49,082 bases of DNA from Spirochaetales bacterium (GCA_007130265.1 SLST01000469.1:1-49082), one strand, 5' to 3'; shown: positions 18,116-28,157, numbered from the stretch's first letter. Numbers and translations are program-made. Notes: a model not told the origin generated them from the sequence alone.

Positions 18116-20038
18116 GTGAGTCCTCTGACAACTACGCTGACCCGAAGCGCCGCATCGCGCCGCCGGGCATATCTCGTGACGGCCGTCTGCACGGCGATCG
18201 TACTGGCACCACCTCTCCCGGCCGGAGAAACCCCGTATACGGGCGGTCCGCGACTGCTGCCGCAGCCGGCGCTCGTCGCGCGCGTCTCGGTATCGCAAAC
18301 CCTCGAGCGGTCTGTCGACGCCGGAACGACCTGGACGCCGGTCAATGGTCTCCCGGTACGGGTGCTCCCGGCCTACCGGGCCGGCGAGAGGTTGCCGGTG
18401 ACTGCCTTCGCGACCGCGCCGGGAAACCCGTCGAACCCCGCCGAGCGCGCAGCCGTCGCCGCATCGCCGGGTGTCAAACGCCCCGGACTCCACCTCGTTA
18501 CGCGAAACGCCCCGGCGCTCGCCGCGGTCGGCGGACGATTGTTCGTCAGCACCGACCGGTTGGAGAGCTGGAGGGAGATAGACCTCACCGGGACGATAAG
18601 TCCCGCGACCTATGTCACGGCGATCGCGATCGACCCCAACGATCACGAGCATTGGCTGCTCGGCACGTCGTACGACGGGGTCTACCGCAGCCGTGACGGC
18701 GGTCGCACCTGGGTCGATCTGACTCAACAGCGCTCTCTCTGGCCGATCTACGTCGGCGCGGGCTTCTTCGAGGAGGTCGCGGGGCTCTGGTTCACGGCGA
18801 GCGGCGACGTTCTGCTCCAAGCCGGGTTCGGTCAGGGGTTCTACACCGTCGAGCTCGACCCGCTCGCCGTGCGCCGGCTGCGGCCGCTCGCCGACGGCAC
18901 CGATGCATACGCGAGGCTCGCCTACGCGCTCGGAGTGACCGGCCCGGGGGCCGACGCCGAACCCCGGGCAGATTCGTCGCCGGCGGTGCGAGACCCGGTC
19001 GGGGAGGAGCAGCGCTCCGCCGCAAAGCGGCGGGAGGCGGCAGCGGATCGCACGGGAATCTACCTCGCGCCGCACAACGCGACGAACGAGAGGCTCGACG
19101 AGTACTTCGACTACCTCGAGCGCCACGGGTTCAACAGCATCGTCGTCGACTTCAAGGACGACTACGGGCGGCTCACCTATGCCTCCAGGCTCCCCAAGGC
19201 GCTCGCCGCGGGCGCGGTGACGCCGATCATCGACCCCCCGGAACTGGTTCGCCGCGCCCACGAGCGTGGGATCTACGTCATCGCGCGGGTGGTCGTCTTC
19301 CAGGACCGCCGGCTCTTCGCGTACGACGATCATCGCTACGCGCTCCGGGACGCGGTGTCGGGCCGACCCTGGGGGGTCTTCCGCACCGTGACCGACGCGG
19401 AGACCGAGGAGTCGCGAACCATCCAGGTGGAGTTCTGGGTCGACCCCTGGTCGCCTGAAGTCTGGCGGTACAACGTCGACATCGCGAAGGAGATCGCCGG
19501 CTTCGGGGTGGACGAGATCCAGTTCGACTACATCCGCTTCCCCTCGGACGGAGACACATCGCGAATCGAGTCGCGCTTCGCCGTGCCCGACGCCGACCGC
19601 GTACAGGCGCTCGAAGGGTTCCTCGCCGCGGCGCGCGAAGCGATCGACCTTCCTATCGGGATCGACGTGTTCGGGTTCAATGCCTGGTCACGCATGAGCT
19701 ATCTGGGCCAGGACGTGTCCCGGCTCGCCGACTACGTCGACGTCATAAGTCCCATGTTCTACCCGTCACACTTCGCGCGCAGCTTCCTCCCGCAGTACCG
19801 CTACCTCGACCGCGCCTGGGTCATCTACGACCTCGGCACGCGGCGAGCGATCGAGATCGCCGGGGCCGACACGCTCATCCGGCCCTATATCCAGGCGTTC
19901 CTGATCGGCCCGGAGCTCGAGTTCGAGTTCGCCACGTACCGGCGCTACCTCGACCTCCAGGTGGAGGCAAGCCTTGCCGGCGGCGCGAGCGGGTACACGC
20001 TGTGGAACGCATCCGGGCGGTACTACATGCTACCCTGA
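18116..20038 (+). CDS. Secreted BNR/Asp-box repeat protein fused to a GHL (DUF4015-type) putative glycoside hydrolase TIM-barrel
   Basis: The N-terminal region is hydrophobic (RRRAYLVTAVCTAIVLAPPLPAG). Asp-box motifs are SVDAGTTW and SRDGGRTW, plus the degenerate STDRLESW. The C-terminal half (GIYLAPHNATNERLDEYFDYLERHGFNSIVVDFKDDYGRLTY..., EIQFDYIRFP, ISPMFYPSHF) follows the DUF4015 pattern. Confidence 0.8.
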   Translation: MSPLTTTLTRSAASRRRAYLVTAVCTAIVLAPPLPAGETPYTGGPRLLPQPALVARVSVSQTLERSVDAGTTWTPVNGLPVRVLPAYRAGERLPVTAFATAPGNPSNPAERAAVAASPGVKRPGLHLVTRNAPALAAVGGRLFVSTDRLESWREIDLTGTISPATYVTAIAIDPNDHEHWLLGTSYDGVYRSRDGGRTWVDLTQQRSLWPIYVGAGFFEEVAGLWFTASGDVLLQAGFGQGFYTVELDPLAVRRLRPLADGTDAYARLAYALGVTGPGADAEPRADSSPAVRDPVGEEQRSAAKRREAAADRTGIYLAPHNATNERLDEYFDYLERHGFNSIVVDFKDDYGRLTYASRLPKALAAGAVTPIIDPPELVRRAHERGIYVIARVVVFQDRRLFAYDDHRYALRDAVSGRPWGVFRTVTDAETEESRTIQVEFWVDPWSPEVWRYNVDIAKEIAGFGVDEIQFDYIRFPSDGDTSRIESRFAVPDADRVQALEGFLAAAREAIDLPIGIDVFGFNAWSRMSYLGQDVSRLADYVDVISPMFYPSHFARSFLPQYRYLDRAWVIYDLGTRRAIEIAGADTLIRPYIQAFLIGPELEFEFATYRRYLDLQVEASLAGGASGYTLWNASGRYYMLP

Positions 20039-20040
20039 CG

Positions 20041-20049
20041 TGCTATAGT
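20041..20049 (+). promoter_or_regulatory. Extended -10 promoter element (TGcTATAGT) abutting the moxR start codon
   Basis: TGCTATAGT lies at 20041-20049 and the ATG at 20055 is 5 nt after the hexamer. There is no room for a Shine-Dalgarno sequence, which predicts a leaderless or near-leaderless transcript. Confidence 0.35.
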
Positions 20050-20054
20050 GCGCC

Positions 20055-21011
20055 ATGCACGACGTCGCCGCATGGGCGCAGCGGATTCTCAGTGCCGTGG
20101 AGACGGTCTTCTTTGGGAAGCGCGAGGTGATCGAACGGCTGCTCGTGGCGCTGCTCTGCCGCGGACACGTGCTGCTCGAGGACGTTCCCGGGATGGGCAA
20201 GACGATCCTCGCCCGAGCCCTCGCCGCGAGCCTGGGCGGACGGTTCACCCGAATCCAGTGCACGCCGGATCTCCTTCCCGCCGACATCCTCGGGGTCAGC
20301 GTCTACAACCCGCAGGACGGCACCTTCACCTTCCGGGAAGGCCCCATCATGGCCAACGTCGTCCTCGTGGACGAGATCAACCGTGCGACGCCGCGCTCCC
20401 AGTCGGCGCTGCTCGAGGCGACCGGCGAAGGCCAGATCAGCATCGAAGGCGTGCGCCGCGAGCTTCCGGACCCCTTCTTCCTGATCGCGACGGAGAACCC
20501 GGTGGAGTTCGAAGGGACCTTCCCGCTGCCGGAGGCGCAGCAGGACCGGTTTCTGCTCTCCATGAGCATCGGCTACGCCGACCGCAGCGTCGAGCAGCGC
20601 ATCGTCGACAGCCAGCGCAGGCTCACCCACCCGGTCGTCGACGTCGTGGCGGTCACTGAGATAGGCGAGGTGCCGACGCTGCAGGCGCGGGTCGTCCAGG
20701 TGCACGTCGATCAGGACGTCATGGACTATATCAGCGGGCTCGTCGAGGCAAGCCGGGCTCATCAGCACGTACGGATCGGGGCGAGCCCGCGCGGCACGAT
20801 CGCGCTCTACAAGGCGGCGCAGGCGCTCGCGGCGGTACGGGGACGCGACTACGTGATTCCGGAGGACGTGAAGGAGCTCTGCCGACCCGTCTTCGCGAAG
20901 CGACTCATCCTCACGAGCCAGGCGATGATCCGAGGGGTCACCGCCGACTCGGTCATCGCGTCGGTACTCGAGTCGGTCCCCACTCCGGTAATCCCGGAGC
21001 AGCGCACATGA
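20055..21011 (+). CDS. MoxR-family AAA+ ATPase
   Basis: The Walker A context is HVLLEDVPGMGKTILARALA. Other matches are RIQCTPDLLPADILG, the Walker B motif VVLVDEINRATPRSQSALLEA, and FFLIATENPVEFEGTFPLPEAQQDRF. Confidence 0.93.
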   Translation: MHDVAAWAQRILSAVETVFFGKREVIERLLVALLCRGHVLLEDVPGMGKTILARALAASLGGRFTRIQCTPDLLPADILGVSVYNPQDGTFTFREGPIMANVVLVDEINRATPRSQSALLEATGEGQISIEGVRRELPDPFFLIATENPVEFEGTFPLPEAQQDRFLLSMSIGYADRSVEQRIVDSQRRLTHPVVDVVAVTEIGEVPTLQARVVQVHVDQDVMDYISGLVEASRAHQHVRIGASPRGTIALYKAAQALAAVRGRDYVIPEDVKELCRPVFAKRLILTSQAMIRGVTADSVIASVLESVPTPVIPEQRT

Positions 21012-22186
21012 GAACCCGCAGCATCGCGCTGCTGGTCGTGGGGCTCTTCCTGGTCCTCTTCATGCCCTTCTACGTCGTTCAGTGGACAGGCTATCTGATT
21101 CTCACGGTGATGGGGCTCAGCTACGCCTGGTCGCGACTCGTCCTGAAGGACCTCCGCGTCGAGCGTGAGGAGCGCGTGCTGCGCGCGTACCGACACCAGG
21201 TCGTGGCGGTGCGTATACGCATCGTCAACGGCAGCCTCCTGCCGCTGCCCTGGCTCGTCGTCAACGACCAGCCGGGCAGCCTCTACACCGGCGACGACAA
21301 TATCCGGCTCATGAGCCTGCGCGCGGGTGAAACGACGCGGCTCGCGTACGACATCCGCGCCATGAGCCGCGGCGCCTACCGCATTGGTCCGGTCGTGGTC
21401 CGTTTCACCGACCCGCTCGGCCTCTACCCGGTCTCGATCACGATGCACGAGGAGACCCGCTTCGTCGTCTACCCCCGGATCTACCCGATCGCCCTCCCGG
21501 TCAGCCGCGGGCTTCCCGCCGGCAGCATCACCACTGCGAACCGGGTCTACGAGGACCCCACGCGCTACCGCTCGGTGCGCGAGTACGCCGCCGGGGACGA
21601 GATGCGGCGGATCAACTGGAAGGCGAGCGCGAGACTCGGGGCGCTGCACTCGACCGAGTGGCTGCCGACGATTAACGTCCCGGTGCTGATCCTGCTGAAT
21701 CTGACGGCGAGCGCCTACGAGCGGCGGAACCGGTTCGCGCACACGGAGCGCACGATCGACGCCGCGGCGAGCCTGGTGCACCATCTCGCGCATCGCGGTC
21801 AGGAGGTGGGGCTCGTCACGACCGGGGTGATCAAGGGCGATCCCGAGCGCGTGATGCCGTGGATCAAGGTGCGGTCCGGGATGCGGCACGCGATGGAGAT
21901 TCTCGAAACGCTCGCGCAGGTCACGGTGAACGACCTCGATGAAGACCCGATCGAGCGGTTTGTCGAGCACGGGTCAACCTCGTACGGCACACGCATCTTC
22001 TACCTGGGCCCACCACTACCGCAGGAGTCGATCGCGGCGCTCGTGAGCTCGATGGGCGACCGGTCGCTGCTGCGTCTCTACTACACCGACGAGGGGGTAC
22101 AGAACTGGCACGAGCTCTCGGTCGAGACGGTTCGGGTCTACCGGATCACGGAGCACGGCGATGATCTCTTCGCGCTTCAGGCCTGA
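21008..22186 (+). CDS. DUF58 domain protein (MoxR partner)
   Basis: The ATG overlaps the moxR stop (ATGA). The N-terminal TM hairpin and the hallmark YEDPTRYRSVREYAAGDEMRRINWKASARLGALHSTEW are both present. Confidence 0.88.
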   Translation: MRTRSIALLVVGLFLVLFMPFYVVQWTGYLILTVMGLSYAWSRLVLKDLRVEREERVLRAYRHQVVAVRIRIVNGSLLPLPWLVVNDQPGSLYTGDDNIRLMSLRAGETTRLAYDIRAMSRGAYRIGPVVVRFTDPLGLYPVSITMHEETRFVVYPRIYPIALPVSRGLPAGSITTANRVYEDPTRYRSVREYAAGDEMRRINWKASARLGALHSTEWLPTINVPVLILLNLTASAYERRNRFAHTERTIDAAASLVHHLAHRGQEVGLVTTGVIKGDPERVMPWIKVRSGMRHAMEILETLAQVTVNDLDEDPIERFVEHGSTSYGTRIFYLGPPLPQESIAALVSSMGDRSLLRLYYTDEGVQNWHELSVETVRVYRITEHGDDLFALQA

Positions 22187-23699
22187 GCTCTACCGGGTCG
22201 TCGTGCACCCGCTGATGAGCGTCGCCGTCGCGTCGACCGGCGTGCTCGCGACGGTCTGGCTGATCGGAGTCAACCTGGGAATCCCCGCCCCACGCTTCGT
22301 GACAGCAGCCGCGATCGTCACGGCAGCGATCGTCGAGGCGGTGGTGGGGAACGCCCTCTACCGGGAACGAGCCGGACTCGGCAACCGACTGAGGGAAGCG
22401 CTGATCTACCTCGGGCTCGTCTACCTCATCCTCTCGGTCGGACGCCCGGGCCCGCTTCGCGTCCGTGTCGAACCGTCACTCGACCAGATGATCCCACTCG
22501 TTGCGGTCGCAACCGCCTGGCTGATCGCATTCGCCTTCCACAACCGGCTCCGCGGGCGTGAGGCGCTCCTGCGAGCCTTCGCCGGGAGACGGGGAGAAGA
22601 GCTGCGGCACGCAGTGATCGAGCACCAGCGCGAGATGGCTGAGACCGTCCGCGCGTTGCGCCGGGCGCGGGGCCTGATAGGCACGCTCTTCGCCGTACTC
22701 GCGGGCCTCGCGATCTTCGCGAGCGTTGACGTGCTTGGCATCAGCGCGCTGGGCGCGCGATCCGGCGCCTTTCTGCTGCTCATTCTCTACACGATCAGCG
22801 GGCTCGCAGCGATCGGCAGTCTCAACGTGTTTATCCAGGAGTACGAAGCGAACGGCGAGGGGCTCCCGGTACCGTTGCGGTTTCAGCGGCGGCGATCCTT
22901 CGCGGTCGCAGCGCTGATGTCGCTCGTGCTCGCGCTGACCTTCGCGTTGAGCCGTTCGGCGAGCGTAGTGCCGATCGAAACGATCGGGGATTTCCTCCGG
23001 TGGATTGGAGGCCTCTTCGGCGGCGAGGTCGAGCAGGAGTACTTCATACCGCCGCCTCAGCCGACGATGCCGACCGGAGTCTCGCCGGAGCTGCTCGAGA
23101 TCATCAGCGCGATGGAAGGCCGAGAGGTGCCGCTCCTGCTGCGGATACTGCTCTACCTGATCGAACGGCTCCTGGTGTTCGCACTCGTACTCGGCGGCGT
23201 GGTACTGGTGTTCGGACCGATTGTGTCACCGTCATTCCGCAAGGCGCTGCGCGAGTTCCGCCCGCACTCGCTGATCAGAACGCTCTGGAGCACCTTCGTG
23301 CGAAGGTGGCGGATCCTCATCCGGCTGCTCGCTCGCGGATTGCGCCGCAGGAGCCGAGGCGGCGGTCGCTCACCGCACGAACCGGGCGATCCGTCCGGCG
23401 CTGCCGGGCAGCGCTCGCGCTGGAGACCGGGTCTGCGAAAGCGCGTCCAGATGGAACGCGTGGTGCGGGTATTCGTCGAGGTCACGAAATGGGGCGCGAA
23501 GCGGGGGCTTGCCTACCGCCGGTCGGAAGCGGCGCGCGAGTATCTGCTGCGAATCGCGGCGTTGCGGCCCGAGCATTACCCCGACGCGGTAACCGTGGCG
23601 GAAATCTACTGTGAGGTGAGATTCAGCCGGCACCTCGTAGCCGGGCACCGGTTCCACGACTACCTGCGCGCCGCGAAACGCATCACGGCGAGCGAATAG
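22161..23699 (+). CDS. Multi-pass membrane protein with a C-terminal DUF4129-like domain
   Basis: The gene overlaps the DUF58 gene by 26 nt. It has several TM helices, an Arg-rich linker and a C-terminal segment (SEAAREYLLRIAALRPEHYPDAVTVAEIYCEVRFSRH) shaped like DUF4129. I saw no transglutaminase Cys-His-Asp core or VWA motif. Confidence 0.65.
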   Translation: MISSRFRPELYRVVVHPLMSVAVASTGVLATVWLIGVNLGIPAPRFVTAAAIVTAAIVEAVVGNALYRERAGLGNRLREALIYLGLVYLILSVGRPGPLRVRVEPSLDQMIPLVAVATAWLIAFAFHNRLRGREALLRAFAGRRGEELRHAVIEHQREMAETVRALRRARGLIGTLFAVLAGLAIFASVDVLGISALGARSGAFLLLILYTISGLAAIGSLNVFIQEYEANGEGLPVPLRFQRRRSFAVAALMSLVLALTFALSRSASVVPIETIGDFLRWIGGLFGGEVEQEYFIPPPQPTMPTGVSPELLEIISAMEGREVPLLLRILLYLIERLLVFALVLGGVVLVFGPIVSPSFRKALREFRPHSLIRTLWSTFVRRWRILIRLLARGLRRRSRGGGRSPHEPGDPSGAAGQRSRWRPGLRKRVQMERVVRVFVEVTKWGAKRGLAYRRSEAAREYLLRIAALRPEHYPDAVTVAEIYCEVRFSRHLVAGHRFHDYLRAAKRITASE

Positions 23700-23704
23700 T
23701 CGGT

Positions 23705-24262
23705 TCAGCTGAGCTCGTTGATCTTGTCGCGCAGGCGGGCGGCTTCCTCGTAGTCCTCGTGATCAACCGCCTTCTGCAGCTCCTGTTCGAGCCTGGTTCG
23801 CTCCATCTCCTGCGGATCCGGCGCATCGACCTTGGGGTCTTCCTCGGTAATCAGGTTGATCGCGATCCCGGCTTCCTCGACGATCGACTCCGCGATGTAG
23901 AGCGGACAGTGGATGCGCGCGGTGATGCCGAGTGCGTCCGACGGCCTGCTGTCGATCACGATCTTCTTCAGACCCTGCTTCATGACAATACGCGCGTAGA
24001 AGGTCCCGTCCTTCAACTCGGTGATATCGACCCGCTCGATCGTCGAGTTGAGCTTCTCCATCATGGTGACGAACAGGTCGTGAGAGAGCGGACGCGGCAT
24101 GGGCACGTTACCGAGGCCGATGAGTATCGATTGCGCTTCGAGTTGGCCGATGAAGATGGGCACGGCACGCTCGGAGCCGATAGGCTTCACCAGCACCGCA
24201 TTCCCCTTGTCTGTCCGAGCTACGGTCCAGATTTCCGCCTCCACCAGCATGATGTTCTTCAT
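23705..24262 (-). CDS. Bifunctional nuclease (BFN/DUF151) with a C-terminal UVR motif
   Basis: The BFN core is AVLVKPIGSERAVPIFIGQLEAQSILIGL...MPRPLSHDLF...DSRPSDALGIA. The UvrB/C-type tail is RLEQELQKAVDHEDYEEAARLRDKINEL. Confidence 0.88.
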   Translation of the reverse strand: MKNIMLVEAEIWTVARTDKGNAVLVKPIGSERAVPIFIGQLEAQSILIGLGNVPMPRPLSHDLFVTMMEKLNSTIERVDITELKDGTFYARIVMKQGLKKIVIDSRPSDALGITARIHCPLYIAESIVEEAGIAINLITEEDPKVDAPDPQEMERTRLEQELQKAVDHEDYEEAARLRDKINELS

Positions 24263-24271
24263 CACTCTCTA

Positions 24272-24300
24272 ATAGTACGATGGAACCCTCGTTTTTTCAA
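24272..24300 (-). promoter_or_regulatory. Sigma-70-type promoter TTGAAA-17-TACTAT directly upstream of the BFN gene
   Basis: The minus strand reads TTGAAA (24300-24295), a 17-nt spacer, TACTAT (24277-24272), then 6 nt to the GTG at 24265 and 9 nt to the ATG at 24262. The -35 element contains the purL stop codon. Confidence 0.4.
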
Positions 24301-27300
24301 ACGCCGGAGTCCCCTCTCGCGTCGATCTCGGTCTTCCGACCGACCGCACGGGCATGCCGCACGGCGTTACCGAAGAGCGGCAGTCCCCCCTCGCGGGCGA
24401 CGCTTCGGTCGCGCCAGTGCGGGTGGTGCTGTGCGGTGAGATAGGCCTCCGGATGCGGCATCATGCCGAGCACGTGCCCGGTGGTGTCCACGATGCCGGC
24501 AATCCCGTCAAGCGACCCGTTCGGGTTGCGTCCGACGTAGCGCAGCGCGACGAGTCCTCGCCGGGTGAGGGCGGTGCGCACCGCGTCGTCGCGGACGACG
24601 AAACGCCCCTCGCCGTGCCGGATGGGGAGATCCATCCGCGCGAGCCCCGCGAGCCATGGCGACGTGCAGGACGAATCGAAGTCGACCGTGACCCAGCTGT
24701 CCTCGAACACGCCCCGCTCGTTGTGCACGAGCGACACCTCACCTCGCCATTCGCCGGCAAGGTCCGGAAGGATCCCCAGTTTGACGAGCGTCTGAAAGCC
24801 GTTGCAGATGCCCAGGATGAGCCCCCGACGGCCCCTGAACCGGTCGAGTTGGGTCCGAAGCGAGCGAAGGCGATGCGCGAGCATCATCCCCGAACCAACG
24901 TGGTCCCCATAGGAGAAACCTCCCGGCACCGCGAGAATCGCCGCATCGTCGAGCATCGCGGGCTCTTCGAGCAGGTCATTCACGTGCACCGGCCTCACCC
25001 GGGCCCCGGCGATCTCGAACGCCCGTGCGAGCTCGCGGTCGGCGTTGATTCCGTACCCGGTCAGGATGAACGCGCACGGAGGGGTTTCCCGGCCGGAGAC
25101 CGCTTCACCGTCGGGAGAGCCGTCACGCCCGGTTCGCGCCGTTGCGGTGACGCCGAGCGGGTCACCGCTCCGGTCGCAGACCGTCCGTGGCGCCGTATCG
25201 GCCCCCTGGCTTCGGGCAAACGCCTTCCACGCCGCCACGAGCTCGTCGACCGTCCAGACCGCCTCCGTCGAACCGTCGCGGACGGTGAGCGCGGGTTCGG
25301 CCACGACCTCGCCGACCACCGCCGAGGGCGTGTCGCCGAGCGCCCGCGTCAGCCCGGGCAGAGAGCCGGATGGACAGGTCACGAGGAAGCTCCCGATCGG
25401 CTCCCGGAAGAGGTCTGCGGCGGGCACCTCGAGCCGTGCGCCAAGGCGACCGCCGATCGCCATCTCGGCCGCGGCCACCGCGAGTCCGCCGTCGGAGAGG
25501 TCGTGGACCGCGTTCACCAGCCCGTCGCGAATCGCCGCGTGGAGCCGGCGGTAGTAGGTCAGATTGGCCCGGAGACGCTCCGGAGCGTCGGACGGCGCGA
25601 GCAGTGCTTCTCCGTCCGGCGCTCCGGCGGCCGGGCCGACGATAAGGACGCGGTCGCCCGGCGCCTTGAAATCGGTGGTCATCGCGAGCCCCACGTCGGG
25701 TATGATCCCGATCAGGCTTACGAGCAGCGTCGGTCTGATGGATACCTTGCGTCCGCCGAGGTTCGCGTCGTTCTTCATCGAATCCTTGCCGGAAATCAGC
25801 GGCAGCCGGTAAGCGATGCAGGCGTCGGCGAGCCCGCGGCAAGCGCGGACGAGCTGGGCCATCTTGTACGGTCCATCCGGCGTGCCGTCGGAAAGCACCG
25901 GGTCAGGCCAGCAGAAGTTGTCGAGCGCGGCCATCCGGTCCGGATCACCGCCGAGCGCGACGTGTGCCCGCACCGCTTCGTCGACCGCGGCCGCGGCCAT
26001 GTCGTAGGTATCCACGTCGCCCCGGCGCGGGCAGATCCCGTGGGTCACGGTGACGCCGCGGGCGCTGTCGAACCGCGGCGTGACGACCGCGCCGTCGGAC
26101 GGGGCGTCGGCGTGCCTCCCGCAATGGGGTTTGATCACGCTTGCGCCCTGCACTTCGTGGTCGTACTGGCGCACGAGGTGCTCCTTGCTCCCCACGTTCG
26201 GATCGCAGAGGAGCGCGAGCAGACGCGCGTGCGGATCCGACTCCTGCGGTCCGCAGACTCCCGGCTCGTCGGGCGATCCGCCGCTGCGGAGGCCGGGCCA
26301 GCTCGCCGGGATCACCATGCGCGGCAGGCCGTCGTGCAGGAAGTCGAGTGAGAGCGACGCGACGAGCTCGCCGCGGTGGGTGACATCGATGCTGCCGCTG
26401 TCGGTGAACTCGCCGACGACGGCGACGGTCACGCCACGCCGCTTCGCGAGGGCGAACAGCTCGTCGACCGTCTCCCGGGCGACCGCGAGGCTCATCCGCT
26501 CCTGGCTCTCGCTGACGAGGATCTCCCAGGCGGCAAGCCCCTCATACTTGAGCGGACAGCCGTCGAGATCGACCCGCACCCCGCCGGAATCCCTCGCCAT
26601 CTCACCGATCGAGCTCGAGAGTCCGCCTGCCCCGTTGTCGGTGATGCCCTTGTACAGACCGAGGTCGCGCGCCTCGAGCAGGAAGTCGGCGAGCTTCTTC
26701 TGGGTGATCGGTTCACCAATCTGAACGGCCGAGGTGGGAGAGCTCTCATCGAGCGCGAGCGAGCTGAATGTGGCGCCGTGGATGCCGTCCTTGCCAACGA
26801 GCCCTCCGGCCATCACGGCGAAATCGCCCGGCTCGATGTGCTTGATCCAGGCGTCCTCACCGCCGATCCTGGCCGGCAGTACGCCGCCGGTGCCACAGAA
26901 GACGAGCGGCTTCCCGGTGAAGCTCTCGTCGAACAGGAACGCCCCGGCGGCGACCGGTATGCCGCTCTGGTTGCCGCCGTCGACGATCCCGCGGTGCACG
27001 CCCTGCATGACGACGCGGGGATGCAGCAACCCTTCGGGGAGGCTTTCTCCCGGCGTGTCCGGGTACCCGAAGCAGAGCACGTCGGTGTTGAAGATGGGTC
27101 GAGCGCCCTTGCCCGTGCCCAGGATGTCACGGTTCACCCCGACGATCCCGGTAATGGCGCCGCCGTACGGGTCGAGCGCCGACGGGCTGTTGTGCGTCTC
27201 CGCCTTGAAGCAGAGCAGCGTTTCTTCGTCGAACCGCACGACTCCGGCGTTATCGTCAAAGACGCTCTTCACGAAATCGGGGTCCGCGACCGCCTCCGTC

Positions 27301-28157
27301 GTCGCCCTGATGTAGGTCGCGAAGAGGCCGTCGATCACCTCCGCCTCGCCGTCCTCCTCGCGATACTCGACCCGGGCGGCAAAGATCTTGTGCTTGCAGT
27401 GCTCGCTCCACGTCTGCGCGAGCGTCTCGAGTTCCACGTCGGTCGCCTGCACACCGAGCCCGCGCTCGCTGCGCGCCGTGCGCACGGCCGGTTCCGCGTA
27501 GTAGTCGCGGATTGCCCGCATCTCGGGAAGCGTGAGTGCGAGCAGCCTGCCGCGACTGAGCTCCTCGAGCTCGGCGTCGGTCATGGCCGCGACGTCGACA
27601 CGCTCGACCGCGGGGGTCCCCTGCAGCGCGACGGTGGGGTACGAGGAGGGAGGGCGTCGTCCCTCGCGCCACTCGGCGCAGGTTATGACGAGCGCGTGCT
27701 CGATCAGCGGGTTGAAGAGCTCCCGCGAAAGCAGCCGCGGATCGACGTCGGTTCTGAGGAAGAACTGGCGGGCGGTCTGTACCGCGGCGGTCGCCGGCAG
27801 GCCGCCGAGCTCGCTCCCGAGCGCGTCCCGGATGCTCGACGCCACCGGATCGGTAACTCCGGGGCGATAGCCGACTTCCACCACGACATCCCACGCCCCC
27901 GCGGCGCGATCGTCCCGGTCTCGGTCGTCCGGAGCGCAGTCGCCGTCAACGAAGACCTCCTGTGCAACCGGGTCGCAGAAGAGCTCCGCGGCGAGCGCCG
28001 TGTCGAGCGCCGGAACACCGGCCAGGAGGTAGACGTCGGCGACCGTACAACCGGACACCTGGTACCCGGCAGTGTTGAGCCGCGCGACGATGCCACGGGC
28101 ACGACCGTCTTCGATCGCGGGAATCGGAACGACCTGAACACGCATCATCGTCAGCAT
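24297..28157 (-). CDS. purL: Phosphoribosylformylglycinamidine (FGAM) synthase, single-chain form (PurS-like, PurL and PurQ domains)
   Basis: The product is about 1290 aa. AIR-synthase-like repeats are present (ETHNSPSALDPYGGAITG, DNGAGGLSSSIGE, HDLSDGGLAVAAAE). The C-terminal glutaminase carries LGICNGFQ and MMPHPE. The start is ambiguous among the TTG at 28175 and the ATGs at 28157, 28148 and 28145. Confidence 0.93.
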   Translation of the reverse strand: MLTMMRVQVVPIPAIEDGRARGIVARLNTAGYQVSGCTVADVYLLAGVPALDTALAAELFCDPVAQEVFVDGDCAPDDRDRDDRAAGAWDVVVEVGYRPGVTDPVASSIRDALGSELGGLPATAAVQTARQFFLRTDVDPRLLSRELFNPLIEHALVITCAEWREGRRPPSSYPTVALQGTPAVERVDVAAMTDAELEELSRGRLLALTLPEMRAIRDYYAEPAVRTARSERGLGVQATDVELETLAQTWSEHCKHKIFAARVEYREEDGEAEVIDGLFATYIRATTEAVADPDFVKSVFDDNAGVVRFDEETLLCFKAETHNSPSALDPYGGAITGIVGVNRDILGTGKGARPIFNTDVLCFGYPDTPGESLPEGLLHPRVVMQGVHRGIVDGGNQSGIPVAAGAFLFDESFTGKPLVFCGTGGVLPARIGGEDAWIKHIEPGDFAVMAGGLVGKDGIHGATFSSLALDESSPTSAVQIGEPITQKKLADFLLEARDLGLYKGITDNGAGGLSSSIGEMARDSGGVRVDLDGCPLKYEGLAAWEILVSESQERMSLAVARETVDELFALAKRRGVTVAVVGEFTDSGSIDVTHRGELVASLSLDFLHDGLPRMVIPASWPGLRSGGSPDEPGVCGPQESDPHARLLALLCDPNVGSKEHLVRQYDHEVQGASVIKPHCGRHADAPSDGAVVTPRFDSARGVTVTHGICPRRGDVDTYDMAAAAVDEAVRAHVALGGDPDRMAALDNFCWPDPVLSDGTPDGPYKMAQLVRACRGLADACIAYRLPLISGKDSMKNDANLGGRKVSIRPTLLVSLIGIIPDVGLAMTTDFKAPGDRVLIVGPAAGAPDGEALLAPSDAPERLRANLTYYRRLHAAIRDGLVNAVHDLSDGGLAVAAAEMAIGGRLGARLEVPAADLFREPIGSFLVTCPSGSLPGLTRALGDTPSAVVGEVVAEPALTVRDGSTEAVWTVDELVAAWKAFARSQGADTAPRTVCDRSGDPLGVTATARTGRDGSPDGEAVSGRETPPCAFILTGYGINADRELARAFEIAGARVRPVHVNDLLEEPAMLDDAAILAVPGGFSYGDHVGSGMMLAHRLRSLRTQLDRFRGRRGLILGICNGFQTLVKLGILPDLAGEWRGEVSLVHNERGVFEDSWVTVDFDSSCTSPWLAGLARMDLPIRHGEGRFVVRDDAVRTALTRRGLVALRYVGRNPNGSLDGIAGIVDTTGHVLGMMPHPEAYLTAQHHPHWRDRSVAREGGLPLFGNAVRHARAVGRKTEIDARGDSGV

